DNA of 64,000 nucleotides from Narcine bancroftii. Lineage: Eukaryota. Where the stretch lies: positions 190,278,001-190,342,000 of the forward strand of contig NC_091470.1 in assembly GCF_036971445.1 (NCBI RefSeq), read 5' to 3'. The notes under the pieces were generated by a model. The model was not told the origin of the DNA, ran no database searches, and saw only the letters and a program-made list of their open reading frames with translations. Made by a program: the position numbers and the translations under genes. Shown one piece after another: positions 24,061 to 35,447 of this stretch; within the stretch, counting starts at the first letter, position 1, and every line of letters starts with the position of its first letter.

Positions 24061-25039
24061 TGCTCTTCAGAGAATGGTTGTTGAACACATTTATCACATG
24101 GGCTATCAGCATGTTAATGAAATCTGTCATGGGAATTTCTTCATCGTCTAAGCTTTGTACCATATGAGAGAAAACAATAAAATCTCAGCAACATGCAAAA
24201 CTCCTACATCAAGAAAGGGGTGGGGGGTGGGGGAAGAGTGGGAAGGAGCAAGAGTTGATAGGATAGTGGAATAAGGTGGGAGGGGTGGAAAAGTTAAAGA
24301 GAGTGAAAGGTGAAAGTCTGCAGGTAAAAACACAGGTAAACTCAGCTGATCTCGCATCCAGAGGAGGTAGAGATATATTACCAAAATTACGAGCCTGGAC
24401 CCAGTAAGCAAAAAGAAGGCATGTGTCAGAAGTAAAGACTGGGGAGGAATCCTTATCAACAGACAAAAGATGGATAAGAGGAAAAGTGAAAGTTGATTTT
24501 GGGTCTGTGAAAGGAGAGGGGAAAAATACGAACCATGACCTGTGCACGATCACAGCCTTTCATACATTTTCCCCATTAGCCACACCAAAGCCTAACCTCT
24601 TCTTCACAATCTATTTTCTTTATATTCAGGGTTGGCGTCAAGGGGTAATTTGCAGGCATGGACCCTCCTAACGAGGTGCTGTGTCCTCTGTTCATGGTTG
24701 TAGCACAGTCAGGCCCGTTTCCCCCCACCCCCCCCCACCATGTTACTAGCATGCATCAAGATTGACACATGCTAGCAACTCTCCACCCTGGTCACGTCTA
24801 TTGGCACAGGTCAGGCCCACGCATCCTACAGCACCCCCCAGCTGGCACATTTTTAGCAGATAGCACCTCCCCTTCCCAAGTGTCCCCTATCAACTTATTT
24901 TTAGTCTATAACCCCCCCCACTGAGCAATTTATCAAGCAGTGGAATGTCTGCACCTCTAACATTCCAATGACCCCCCCCCCCCCCCCCCACAATTTAACA
25001 TTCGTTCTGGCATTGACCCAGTTTAGATTTGAGAAGCCT

Positions 25040-25052
25040 GGTTTCAGTTTCA
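25040..25052 (+). promoter_or_regulatory. ISRE-like element in B2M intron 1
   Basis: GGTTTCAGTTTCA matches the GTTTCNNTTTC ISRE core; motif match only. Confidence 0.4.
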
Positions 25053-25791
25053 CAAACACTACATCTCCATGCAAGATTCCATCACGTTATGGTCTACTCT
25101 AAGTACTGATACACAATTATTAATGAACCCTTCTGCTTTGACATTAGTCAATCTAAAACAGCCAGTTCCCCTTGTTGTTTTCCAAATAAATAGATCTCAA
25201 AATCAACCCTGGGCACTCTTTTGCCCCTCCTCCCATCAGGGAGAAGGTTCAAGAAAGTGAAATCACACACCAACAGACATAAAGGAGAGGTTCTATCGTC
25301 CAGCCATCAGGTTCTGTAATGGAGAGGCTGCTGCGCTCCTATTCAGAGGATATGCTACCTGCCAACCAAGACTCACCACAAGCCATCATGGTGACCAGGT
25401 TGCTGTTGTTCAGACAGCCTGCCCAGACTCAGCCCTGACCTTCACCCAATTGGCCCAAGTGAATCACCTCTGCTGACCCCAGCAGTTTGCTTCAAACCAT
25501 GGGCCCCAGCACCCAATGGGCCCCGAGTGATTGGTCCCCCAATACTGGCTGCAGAACTCTAAAGGAGCATGTGCTCCTTTGTTCTGCCTCTTTTGACCCC
25601 TCGTGGCACCCAAGTATCACCTTTTGCACTGGGTTGGGGCAAGTCTTGAGGTTAAGTAGCTAGAGCCGTGTCCATACTGGTCAAGGGGTGGGGGAACGTA
25701 GTATCACCTTGATTCTGTTGATTGTATATACTTAAATAATTTCTCCAGTTTCTGTCGGTTTTCCCTCGTTATCCGAAGAGTATATCCACCT

Positions 25792-25796
<5 letters not shown>

Positions 25797-25842
<46 letters not shown>
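25797..25842. repeat. (GT)23 microsatellite
   Basis: Read directly from the sequence. Confidence 0.98.
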
Positions 25843-25844
<2 letters not shown>

Positions 25845-26284
25845 ATGACAAGCGCTGAAATTGCACCCCCCACCCCGTTTAAAAAAAAAATGCAAATCAA
25901 GTTGCCAGTTGGGTCATTTCCACGCATAATTGGGCTAGTTTTAAAGATCAACCGCAGGAAATTCTGAGCAGCTGGGGGTTGAGGTTTTGGGGTACTTTTC
26001 AGGGTGTGCATGTTTTTTGGGTGGAGTTCTCCATGATGAAACTATGACATCACTGCGCTGAACAGAAGCACGAGCCAGCTGATTTAAAAGGGGCTTTCTA
26101 CCCTGGATGGGGTTTAATTCCAGGAGGGAGTGGGAGCACTGCACCCCACATGCATTTAATCCCAGAAACCAATCGCCCAGCAGACCACCCACCACCCCCC
26201 ACCTCCTTCCCTCTCCATTCAAAAAGCCACCCCCATCCTCCGTTTGCTGGTGTGCCCTCCCTTATCCACCTACTACTGCTCCCC

Positions 26285-26445
26285 TCCCTAACTATTTTAT
26301 AGCACGAGAGTTGACGAGTTTGTACATTCTCCTCGTGGGTTTCTTCCGGGTACTCTAGTTTCCTCCCCACCCTTCAAAACATACGGGGATTGTCGGACAA
26401 TTGGTATTAACTGAGAAGCATGGGCTCATAGCACAGTAACAGGTC
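26285..26445 (+). mobile_element. V-SINE fragment
   Basis: GAGTTTGTACATTCTCCTCGTGGGTTTCTTCCGGGTACTCTAGTTTCCTCCCCAC. Confidence 0.7.
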
Positions 26446-27672
26446 CTTAGGTCCTATGTTTTTACATTTAAAGGAATGCATAAAATAATTGAAGACTCTT
26501 TTACTGAGGACAAACTATTGAACATTAGGGCTAATGGGGGGGGGGGGTGGAGGGAGTCTTTCAACGCAAGGTAGGGAGTACACGTGCATTGGGCTAAAGG
26601 GGTGGAGGAAAGTCTTTCCAGGAGAAAGAGAGACCATGGGGCCTTTTGGGCTAATGGGGAGCACTTGCAAGGGGCCACTGAGGTTCATGGTAGGGAAAGG
26701 GGGCTCTTTTTGATAGAGCTTTATGGAGATCATTCAGAGAAGTAAAAGGGGCAGAGAAGAAACTTGGGTCCGCTGGGAAGCAGAAACTGGTGTGAGGAGC
26801 CCACAGAGGTGGAGGGCCACTGGCGACTGTGGACAAGGGACTCGCACAAGGCGGCGGGCTGCTGGAGACTGGCCGAAGGGGTACCAGGTACCAGAACCAA
26901 GGTAATGGGACTCGATAGGGAGCCAACAACACTGAAGGCTCCCTGATCATATTGGTTTGGATCTGAAGCTGGGGCGGCTGATGGTCTGTGTGCAAATCCA
27001 CACTCAGTTTCACTTTTGCTTCTCTTTCTCTGAGCATAGGGGCAGCAGGCAATTTTGGCCCATGGTGAATCACAGTGGGCTAAAGGAAATTAGGCAATAT
27101 TACACCCATTTTATCACTTGACAATAAAAGAATCTTGAAAATCCTTTACAGGGGATTCAAGAGAGTGGGGAGCAGTGGCAGGGAAAAGAATAGAACTGGG
27201 GCAAATGGAAACAGAGGCACAGAACAGGAGCAGGCCATTCAGACCTTCCAACCCATCTCACCACTGAGCGCAACCAAAAACTGGCTCCCCAAATTCAATC
27301 CCCAAGCCTGGAACAGGACCCAAATCCTGGGAAGAGGGTGGCCTTCCTTTAGACAGAGAGAGACTGAGGGAAGGTCCAATTTGAAAGGGAGACAGAGGAC
27401 TGGGACTATTGGCCAGAAGGAGGGCTTCTTCCAAGAGAAAGATGCGAGGCTTGAAGGCAAGGGGGTCCTTTTACCAAGAAAAAAAAGGGAAAGTGAGAGA
27501 AAAGATAATAGCATTCAAAGACGAGGAGTCTGGAGTCCAAACGTTTTCTTTTTGAGCGAGGGAGGAATGAGGGGAACAGGACCGAACCAGGGAGATCTTG
27601 CAAGGGGCGAAGGGCCGAATGGACAGTCACCAGCACCCACTCCCTCTTTTTTTTGGCCTAGCCCTCACTTAC

Positions 27673-27721
27673 TCGCCAGACACAGAAAAGCCAGGGACAT
27701 CCAGATGAAAGCCTGAAGCAT
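27673..27721 (-). CDS. B2M: B2M exon 1 (signal peptide MLQAFIWMSLAFLCLA + 1 nt)
   Basis: ATG in gtcatcATG, a hydrophobic 16-aa leader, and donor GCGA|GTAAGT in phase 1, which matches exon 2. It lies about 130 bp downstream of the SXY module. Confidence 0.9.
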
Positions 27722-27852
27722 GATGACAGAGAGCTCTGGCGACGATATCCCTTCGATAGCGACCTGTGTAACCAGTCCCCGCCGCAGCAACTGAATGAAG
27801 CTCAGCAAAGTCCTGTCGATGGCGAGCCGTCGACCCACCCCCGCCGGTTTGG

Positions 27853-27917
27853 CCAATCACAATATTCTCCGCGCGCTGCGTCATCGGTCTCCGGGTGAAA
27901 CTTCTCTGTAGATGTTG
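27853..27917 (-). promoter_or_regulatory. MHC-type S-X1-X2-Y promoter module of B2M
   Basis: Minus strand: S-like CAACAT (27917-27912), 16 bp, X1/X2 CCCGGAGACCGATGACGCAG (27895-27876, with CRE-like TGACGCA), then Y box GTGATTGG (27860-27853). A GC box follows, in a CpG-rich patch. Confidence 0.85.
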
Positions 27918-28110
27918 CGAACTGGGAAAGGTTTGGAAACGCTCACTCGAGTTGAACCTCCAGACTCTGAAGTTTGCATCTATGTCATTGCATGACGGGG
28001 CAGTCACCAAACTAAGAAAGAGCCCTGACAAATTCACCTGTCCATTGCATTAAAGCTGCAAACATCAGGTTTATTACGATTCAAGATTCTTTCATTGTCA
28101 GGTAATAAAG

Positions 28111-28323
28111 TAGGTGTGTGATACCCCGTTTTACGAATACTCACTTTACGAAAATTCGCTTTTACTAAGAGACCTGTGTTCACTTTTACAAAAGGATTTG
28201 AATAGGTTTGCACTTTTACAAAAATAGCCTTCAATAGGAATGAATGAGTCTTCACTTAACGTCACTTTGGCTTACGAAAGGTTTTGTCGAAATGGACGAG
28301 TTTGGTAAAGCGGGGTACACCTA
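28111..28323. mobile_element. Tigger-like MITE nested in the unclassified repeat upstream of B2M
   Basis: Inverted ends TACCCCGTTTTAC / GTAAAGCGGGGTA. Confidence 0.65.
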
Positions 28324-29084
28324 TACACAAAATTTCTTTTAGTCTACGGTAGGGCCGTCAAAGATGTACCATGAGCAGAAATTACCCGGCGCCCCTTACA
28401 GTCAGAGAAAGAGAAGCAAAAGGGAGTCCCCTTCAGAGTCACTGAATGTCCGTGGATTCGCCTCCAGCCCTCCCGCAGCCTCTGCAGCCGCACGGATTCC
28501 TGTTTGATCCACTGGCAAGATCTAAAGCCTCTGACAGGAGGCCTTCAGGATCTTGGCACCTTCCTGCATCCCGGTTCGATATCTTGTACCCCTTCAGTCA
28601 GTCTTGAGTCAGTATCCATCAGTCCAGGGCCTGGTGTCGAGTCCCTTGACATCATGCATCAGCAGCCTGCAGTCTGCTTGGGTTCCTTGCCTCAAGTCAC
28701 CAAAAGCCCACCGCCTGTGTGTTCTTCAGCCGTAGAGCCCCTCGCTGGTCTGCGGCCATGGTAATGGTCCCATAGGATCATCTCCTATGCCTTTCCTCAA
28801 TCTGGTTTTCTGGTGCCTTACACCAGTCCTCTGCTTCCACAGAGACTGCAACCCCTCGTGGCCAATGACGGTCATAGGCGCCACCATCTTAGGCTCAGAC
28901 CCCGTGGTTGCAGGATTTAAAAAAACAATGTGATTTTGAAATAATTATTCCAAGGCAGTGGAATTCCACCCAACTCCAGTGTTTACAGGACAGAAGCTGG
29001 GGATTGAGTGCAGTACACAAACAGCAGGTCACACGTATCTATAGAAAGTAAAGGCTCATCAATATTTCAGGCTTGAACTAAGTT

Positions 29085-29550
29085 GATTCCAGAGATGAGG
29101 AGGGGTTAGCCTATGAGGAGAGATTGAGTCACCTGGAACAGTACTGACTAGAATTTAGAAGAATGAGAAGGGACCTGATAGAAATGTATCAAGTGAAAAG
29201 CATAAATAAGATAGAGGTAGGTAAGTTGTTTCCATTGGTGGGGGAGACTAGAAGCAGGGGACATGGCCTCAAGATTCAGGGTAGTAGATTTGGGTTGGAG
29301 ATGAGGACCTGCTTTACCCAGAGGGTGGTGAATTAAAGGAATTTGTTGCCCATTGAGGCAGTGGAGGAGGCCTCAGTAAATATATTTAAGACAAGGGTGG
29401 AGAAATGTTCACATAGTACCTGTAGGGAAATTAAGGGATATGGGGAAAAGGCAGGTAAGTGGAGATGAACCTCTCATCAGATCAGCCATTGAATGACAGA
29501 GCAGGCTCAATGGGCCAGATGACCGAATCCTGCTCCTATTTTTTATATTA
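29085..29550 (+). mobile_element. CR1 LINE 3' fragment
   Basis: Encodes YEERLSHL, EFRRMRRDLIEMY and LFPLVGETRSRGH, followed by the tail. Confidence 0.85.
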
Positions 29551-29599
29551 TGACAAGGTCAAGGTACTTCCCGTGAATGGTATAAACACAGAAATACTG

Positions 29600-29890
29600 G
29601 AGGATTGTGGGGGGGGTGGGGGGGGGGGGTTGTTGCTCTGTGAATGCAGGGCTGCGGGAAAGGAGACATAGGAATAGGGGAAGGGGAGAAGGCTAATGAA
29701 AACTGGATAGTCGATGTTGATGCTATCTGGTTGGAGGGTGCCCAGATGGAATATAAGATATTGTTCCTCAAATTTGCCGGTAATCTCAGCCAGGCAGTGC
29801 ACGAGACCATGTGGGTGCAAGTCATGCATCTTCTGCGGTCACAAGGACAGGTCAGCAAGGGAATGGGATGGAGAATTAAAATAGGTGGCC
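29600..29890 (-). mobile_element. Penelope-like element, GIY-YIG C-terminal fragment
   Basis: Encodes KFEEQYLIFHLGTLQPDSINIDY. Confidence 0.75.
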
Positions 29891-29894
29891 ACCT

Positions 29895-31367
29895 TTAGGC
29901 AGGAAACAAAGGGATCCTGTTCAGGTTGGCTGCGTGCAGCAAGCAGTGTTCCACAGGGGTCGGTCTTGGGGCCGCTACTGCTTACAATTCGTATTAATGA
30001 TTTGGATTGTGGATTGAATGGTTTCATGGCCAGATTTGTAGATGACATCAAGATAGGTGGCGGAGCAGGAAGGGTTGAAGAAACCGAAAAGTTGCAGAAG
30101 GAATTTAGACAGGGCAAAAAAAATGGCAGATGAGATAAAATGTTGAGAAATGTACAGTTCTACATTTTGGCGGTGGAAATAATCAGACAGGGTACTATTT
30201 GGTGGGGAGAAAATTCAAACCTCAGAAGTGCAAAAGGACTTGGGCATCCTAGTGCAGGTAAACCTAAAAGTTAATGGGGGTGTTTCTAGTGAGCTGGGAA
30301 AAGCGCGGTGATGTGAGGTAATGCGAGGTGAAGCGCGGTGACACCTCGAATTTGGCCGCACTAGAAGCACATCCGGTTGTGGCCGATGTGCGGTGATTCA
30401 AGGTGCTCCGGCGTCCTACTTTTGAGGTGGTCGATGCAGGGTGATGCGAGGGACGACCTCGCAGTGGAAACACCGTGGGTGACTCACCGGAATTCGCGAT
30501 TTTTCACCCGCGGTTTTCAATTGCTCATTGGACTTCCTGATCACCTCACATCGCCCTGCATCACCTCACATTCCTCGCATCACCTCGCATCGCCCCTCAT
30601 CACTGCGTATTCATCGCTCGGTAGAAACAGTTCAGGTAGTCCAAAAACGCGCGGTGATGCGAGCGACAAAAAATCGCGGTGATTCGAGGTGATGCGGGGT
30701 GATGCGAGGTGTCCTTGTATAAACACAGCTAATGACCAGGTTGGATTGGTAGTGAAGAAAGCGAATGTTATGTTGGCATTCATTTCAAGAGGAATAGTGT
30801 ATAAGAGTATGAGGTGTTGATGAGACTCTATGGGGCACTGGTGAGACCTCATTTGGAGAACTGTGTGCAGTTTTGGGCCTACTATCTTAGAGAGGATGTT
30901 ATGTTGTTGGAGAGGGTGCAGAGGAGATTTACTAGGATGATTCCTGGAATGCAAGGGCAAATGTATGAGGAGCGTTTGGCAGCTCTTGGACTGTATTTTT
31001 TGGAGTACAGAAAAATGAGAGGGGATCTCATAGAGACATTTTGAAAGGTTTTGACAGAGTGGATGTAGATAAGATGTTTCCTTTGGTGGGTGAATCAAGG
31101 ACAAGAGGGCACAGTCTTAGAATTAGAAGTTATCCATTCAAAACAGAGATGAGAGAAAAACTTTAGTCAGAGGGTCGTGGATTTGTGAAACTTGTTGCCG
31201 CATAGTGGTGGAGGCCCGATCACTGTGGGAGAGTTTAAGCAGGAGATTGATAAGGGGATATGGGGAAAAGGCTGGCAATTGGAACTAGGTGTGAGTAGAG
31301 TTCAGCTTAGGGTAGAGTCGCAGGGCAGACTCGATGGGCCAAGTGGCCTACTTCCTTTATCTTGTGA
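29895..31367 (+). mobile_element. CR1 LINE (RT to 3' end) with nested MITE
   Basis: Encodes SSVPQGSVLGPLL, FVDDIKIGG, LYGALVRPHLENCVQFW and RVQRRFTRMIPG. Confidence 0.92.
30276..30729. mobile_element. PIF/Harbinger-like MITE with 10-bp internal repeats
   Basis: Interrupts CR1 at aagtTAAtgacc with TAA(TG) duplicated. Imperfect TIRs GGGGTGTTTCTA / TATAAACACAGC; GGTGATGCGA arrays in both orientations; CpG-rich. Confidence 0.7.
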
Positions 31368-32164
31368 CCTTTCCTCTCTCCTGACCTCCAAACCATTACC
31401 AATTAGCACTTTTGGCCCGTGATCTGTTCTGCATCCCATCATTTTTTGTCCTTCTCGTCAGCCTTTTTATTCAGGCAGGTTTTCCTCACACCTTGAAGAA
31501 GGGCTCAGGCCTGAATCATCGGTTCTATGCCTTTATGGATGCTGCAAGACCTGCTGAGTTCCTCAACCCTCTCTGTGTTTTTACATCATCTGTGGACTTT
31601 GGGTTTTTTTTTAATTGTTGTGGGTGGGATAGAACCTGCTGAGTTTCTCCAGCATGTTTGGCTATTTTTGTATTAAGTCAGTATAACTTATCATGTTAAA
31701 ATCTCGGTTGCGCCTCCATTTACAGCAGCCTTGATTATCCAATGGCAACGTTTTAAACTCAACTGCTTCATGCCCTTTTATTTGTTGGTTGGCTTCCTCA
31801 GCTGCGCACTCAGAGCAGGGAGTCAGGATCAGTGCAAGTGACTGCTCTCCTGTTTGTCAATTTCTATCAGTTTCACACCAGAACAGAAACTGCCAATAGA
31901 TTACAGGAATTACTAATACAAGTGCCAACCAAAATGAATTTGTTCCTACAACCAGAATCTGGTATCTCCCCTCTCAGGACAAAGGAAAATTGACTTGTGC
32001 TTCCCCTTTTCCTCTCTGGGATAAAATTTGCTCCTGTAAACACTGGTTCTAGTTCAAGTTTATTGTCACAGACCAAGGCACGGTGAGAAAGTTTGTTTGC
32101 AAGCAGTCCAGCTGGTCAAACTATACAGAGCACAGCAGTAAAAACACAGGTCAGAGTGGTCATA

Positions 32165-32258
32165 GAGAGAGGGGGGGGGGGGTGGCAGAGAAAGAGAGAG
32201 AGAGAAAGAGAGCAGAGGAGAAGGGAAGAAAGGGAGAGAGAGAGAGAGAGAGAGAGAG
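32165..32258. repeat. Purine-rich (GA)n / G-run simple repeat
   Basis: Read directly from the sequence. Confidence 0.9.
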
Positions 32259-32324
32259 ATCAGTTAGAGCAGAGTAAAGAAAACATTGTTTTACTAGTGC
32301 AAGACACCAATGTGCTGGGGAAAC

Positions 32325-33000
32325 TTCAAATGGTGGTGAGGGAGGAGGTGTGGGTGCAAGTCAAGCATCTTCTGTGGTCACAAAGGGAGGTCCCAAGGGG
32401 ATGAATGGTGGGGAGGGAGGACAGAACAAGGGAATCAAGGAGGGAGAATCCCTGTGGGAGGCGGAGAGGGGAATATGTGTCTCGAGGTAGGATCATGTAG
32501 TAGGTGGCAGAAATGGCAGAGGAGGATGTGATGGATGCGGAGATTGGTGGGGTGGTTGGTGAGAACAAGTGGAATCCTGTCCTTGTTGCATGTGGGAGTG
32601 GAGGGGGCCAGGGCAGATGTGCGGGTAATGGAGGATATACAGGCAAGTGCTGGTTGATGGTGGTAGAGGGAAAGCCATGTTGTTTGAAGAAGGAGGACAT
32701 CTCTGATGATCTGGCATGAAAGATCTCATCCTGAGTGCAGATGTGGCAGAAACAGAAAAATTGAGAGAATGGACTGGAATCCTACAGGGGACAGGGTGGG
32801 AAGAGGTGTAGTCGAGGTAGCTGTGGGAGTTGGTGGGTTAATAGAGGTTATCTGTTGAGTGTTTGACTCCTGAGATGAAGTCAGAGGGATTAAGGAAAGG
32901 AAGAATGTTGCTCAAAATGGACAAAGTGAATTTGAGGTCAGGGTAGAAGATGGACTAAGTCAATGTGCGTACATGAAGCAGCACCAAAGCTGTCATCGAA
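32325..33000 (-). mobile_element. Penelope-like element RT/linker fragment
   Basis: Encodes MSSFFKQHGFPSTTIN and the CDHRRCLTC Cys linker typical of the region between RT and GIY-YIG. Confidence 0.75.
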
Positions 33001-34741
33001 TGGATCAACTCATGATGGAATGGAAGAGCAGACTTGACAGGCTGAATAGCCTCCTTCTCCTATATCATAGGGTTTTATGGTCAGGTTTGGTCATTTAAAC
33101 TAAACATCAGGGGTTGGCAGGTTTTTAAATTCCCATTCACCTTTTTTTTTCAAATTTTAATGCAGTCACAATCAATATTGTTTTCCTAATGAGAGCACCC
33201 TCTCAGACGTAGGAAGAGAATGAGGCCATTCAGCCCACCATTCACATCATGGCTGATGTACTTTTCTTTTCACTTCCATTTCCCTGCCTCCCCATAACCT
33301 TTGAAGTAATTTAAGGCAGAGATTGATAGGTTCTTGATTAGCCAGGGCATCAAAGATTATGGGGAGAAGGCCAGGCAGTAGGGTTGGGTGGGAAAATGGA
33401 TCAGCTTTATTAAATGTTTAATTATTGTTTAAAAATTAAATGATTAAATTGTGGGGCAGACTTGATGGGCTGAATGGCCAATTTTTGCTCCTATGTTTTG
33501 TGATCTCATTAATCAAGATCTTATCAACTTTTAAATATACCCAATGACTTGGCCTCAGTAGCAACAGATTTATACTCCGTCCCACAATTTCTGGGGTTTT
33601 GTTGTCATTAAGGAGATCTGTTTTCGACGAAAGGGAGAGGGGATGCCTTCATTATGTTTTCTGTCATGAAGATGGGCCTAAATGTTTTAATATCTGTCAG
33701 CACATACTTGGAGTACTTACTTACTTGCTAGTTCATTCACAGAAGAGTTAGAGAAACTCAGCAGGTCCCACAGCATCCATTGGATGTAAAGATATAGAAC
33801 CAACATTTTGGGCCTGAGCCTTTCGTCAAGGTATGAGCAGAAATCAGGCAGGGAGGGGGGTTCGGAGGAGGGGAGAAGGAGCAGGGGGGAGGAGCACAGG
33901 CCAACAGGCATATGTGGACAGGGGTAGGAGGGCAAGAGAGAGGAAAAGTGAGAATTGATCGGGGAAGGGGGTGGCTCTGTGAATGCAGAGGTGGAGCAAA
34001 GAGGAGACAGAAGGATAGGGAAAGAGAGAAGTGGGGAGGAGAGAAAAAGAGAGAGGAGGGGGTGAGGAGGAGCTGGAGGATAGGAGACTGGGAAAGAGAA
34101 AGGTGGAGGGAGACATCTATGCTTAACTGTGCAACCAAACAGTAACTTGTAAAGTACAACTATAATGGTAATTAAATTACAAGAGACGAAAATGTGTTAG
34201 AACAATAATACATATTCACAGTAATCCTCATGCAAAAATCCTACTTCAGTTAAAGATCAGCCAGGAACCATGACATAGTAAACAGAAAGGAAGGACTGAA
34301 TGGCCTGTGTCTGCTTCTGATGTACTTGGGTTCAATACCCTCGAGGGCTGTCATCCTGGGAGAGGATGACTGTGACAAAACTACACCTCAAAGTAAGCCA
34401 CGTTCTTTACACAACCTCTGGATGCTTCAACAAATTCCAGCCAGTATAGCCATTAGCATTACAGGGCTTCAAATCCATTACTGTCTGTAAGGAATTTGTA
34501 CGTTCTCCCCACGACTGGCCAGAATTTCCTCCAAGTGCTCCAGTTTCATCCAAAAACACAGGGCGGCAGGGGCTGGAGGAGCCTTTTACTGTGCAAACTC
34601 CTGCAGGGATATGGATAGTTGCAGCTGTAATAATGTTGTGCTGACCATTGCACAGTCTGTGCTGCCTTTCAGTGATAGTCAGGGATACTCCGTGTGATCG
34701 GAATAGGTGGTGTCTGTCTGCAGACACCACGATTGAAGTAA

Positions 34742-34945
34742 CAACATGGTTAGTGTAGCCGTTAGTTTACAGCGTGAGTGACCCCGGTTCGAATCTGGTG
34801 CTGTTTGTATGATCTCCCCGTGTCTGTATGGATTTCCTCCCAGCGCTCCAGTTTCCTCCCACCCAGGTTGTTGGTCAACAGGGTGTAACTGGGTGGCACA
34901 GGCTCATGGGCAGGAAAGGGCCTGTTGCTGGGCTGAATATCTAAA
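34742..34945 (+). mobile_element. V-SINE
   Basis: A-box-like TGGTTAGTGTAG, B-box GGTTCGAATC and the V core. Confidence 0.75.
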
Positions 34946-34959
34946 TATAGAAAAATTAC

Positions 34960-35440
34960 AATATTGGTGAAACTCAGCAGGTCAAACAGTGTACTTTAAA
35001 CTGTAAAGTTGGTTATGCATAACCAACGTTTCATTCTTGAGCACTTCATCAAGGAGAGAACAAAATGTAGTTAGGTGCCTGAACAAAATGGCCAGGGGGA
35101 GGGGTAGGGGGAGTAGCATGGTTCCAAAGGCAGGAGGTCCTAGGTGGATAAGGGTTGTCTCTGAGAATGGAAAAGGAAGAGGTAGACAGTGGGGAGACAA
35201 TGGGTAGTGGGCTAGCAGAAACCAGAGAAGTCGATGTAAATGCCATCTGGATGGAGAGTGCCCAGATGGAATATTAGGTACTGGTCCTCCAATTTACAGA
35301 TGGCCTTGGTTTGACATCACACGAGGTCAAGGACAGAAATGTTGAAGGGAGAGGGTGGTGCAGAATTGAAATGGTTGGCCTCTGGGAGAACCCTCTCATT
35401 GATGTAGGGAGTGCGAAGGTGCTCAGACAGAGGTGATCTG
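34960..35440 (-). mobile_element. Penelope-like 3' fragment with hammerhead-like motif
   Basis: Encodes KLEDQYLIFHLGTLHPDGIYIDF, followed by TTGATGAAGTGCTCAAGAATGAAACGTT. Confidence 0.7.
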
Positions 35441-35447
35441 GTGGTGC

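Larger units (their letters stand above)
13640..27790 (-). other. B2M: Beta-2-microglobulin gene span (4 exons; transcript ends approximate). CDS join(27721-27673, 21988-21710, 14239-14232), 111 aa: MLQAFIWMSLAFLCLA-KVSPPQITMYTYNTIQEGEKNVLFCYAKGFTPPNIKLELMQGNEVIPNTNHSDITFEQNWKFIYFRYIEFHPKAGEEYGCRVHHNGKMYKYKLES
   Basis: Leader exon, Ig-C1 exon, tiny stop exon and non-coding last exon match the canonical B2M layout. All introns are GT-AG, both coding introns are phase 1, and 49+279+8=336 nt gives an open frame. Confidence 0.92.

Noticed and set aside
27135-27716. 193-aa plus-strand ORF antisense to exon 1/intron 1
   Set aside because: No ATG start, purine-rich low-complexity composition and no recognisable domain.
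30300-30712. CRISPR-like or coding tandem array
   Set aside because: Degenerate 10-bp units without unique spacers, inside a eukaryotic MITE.
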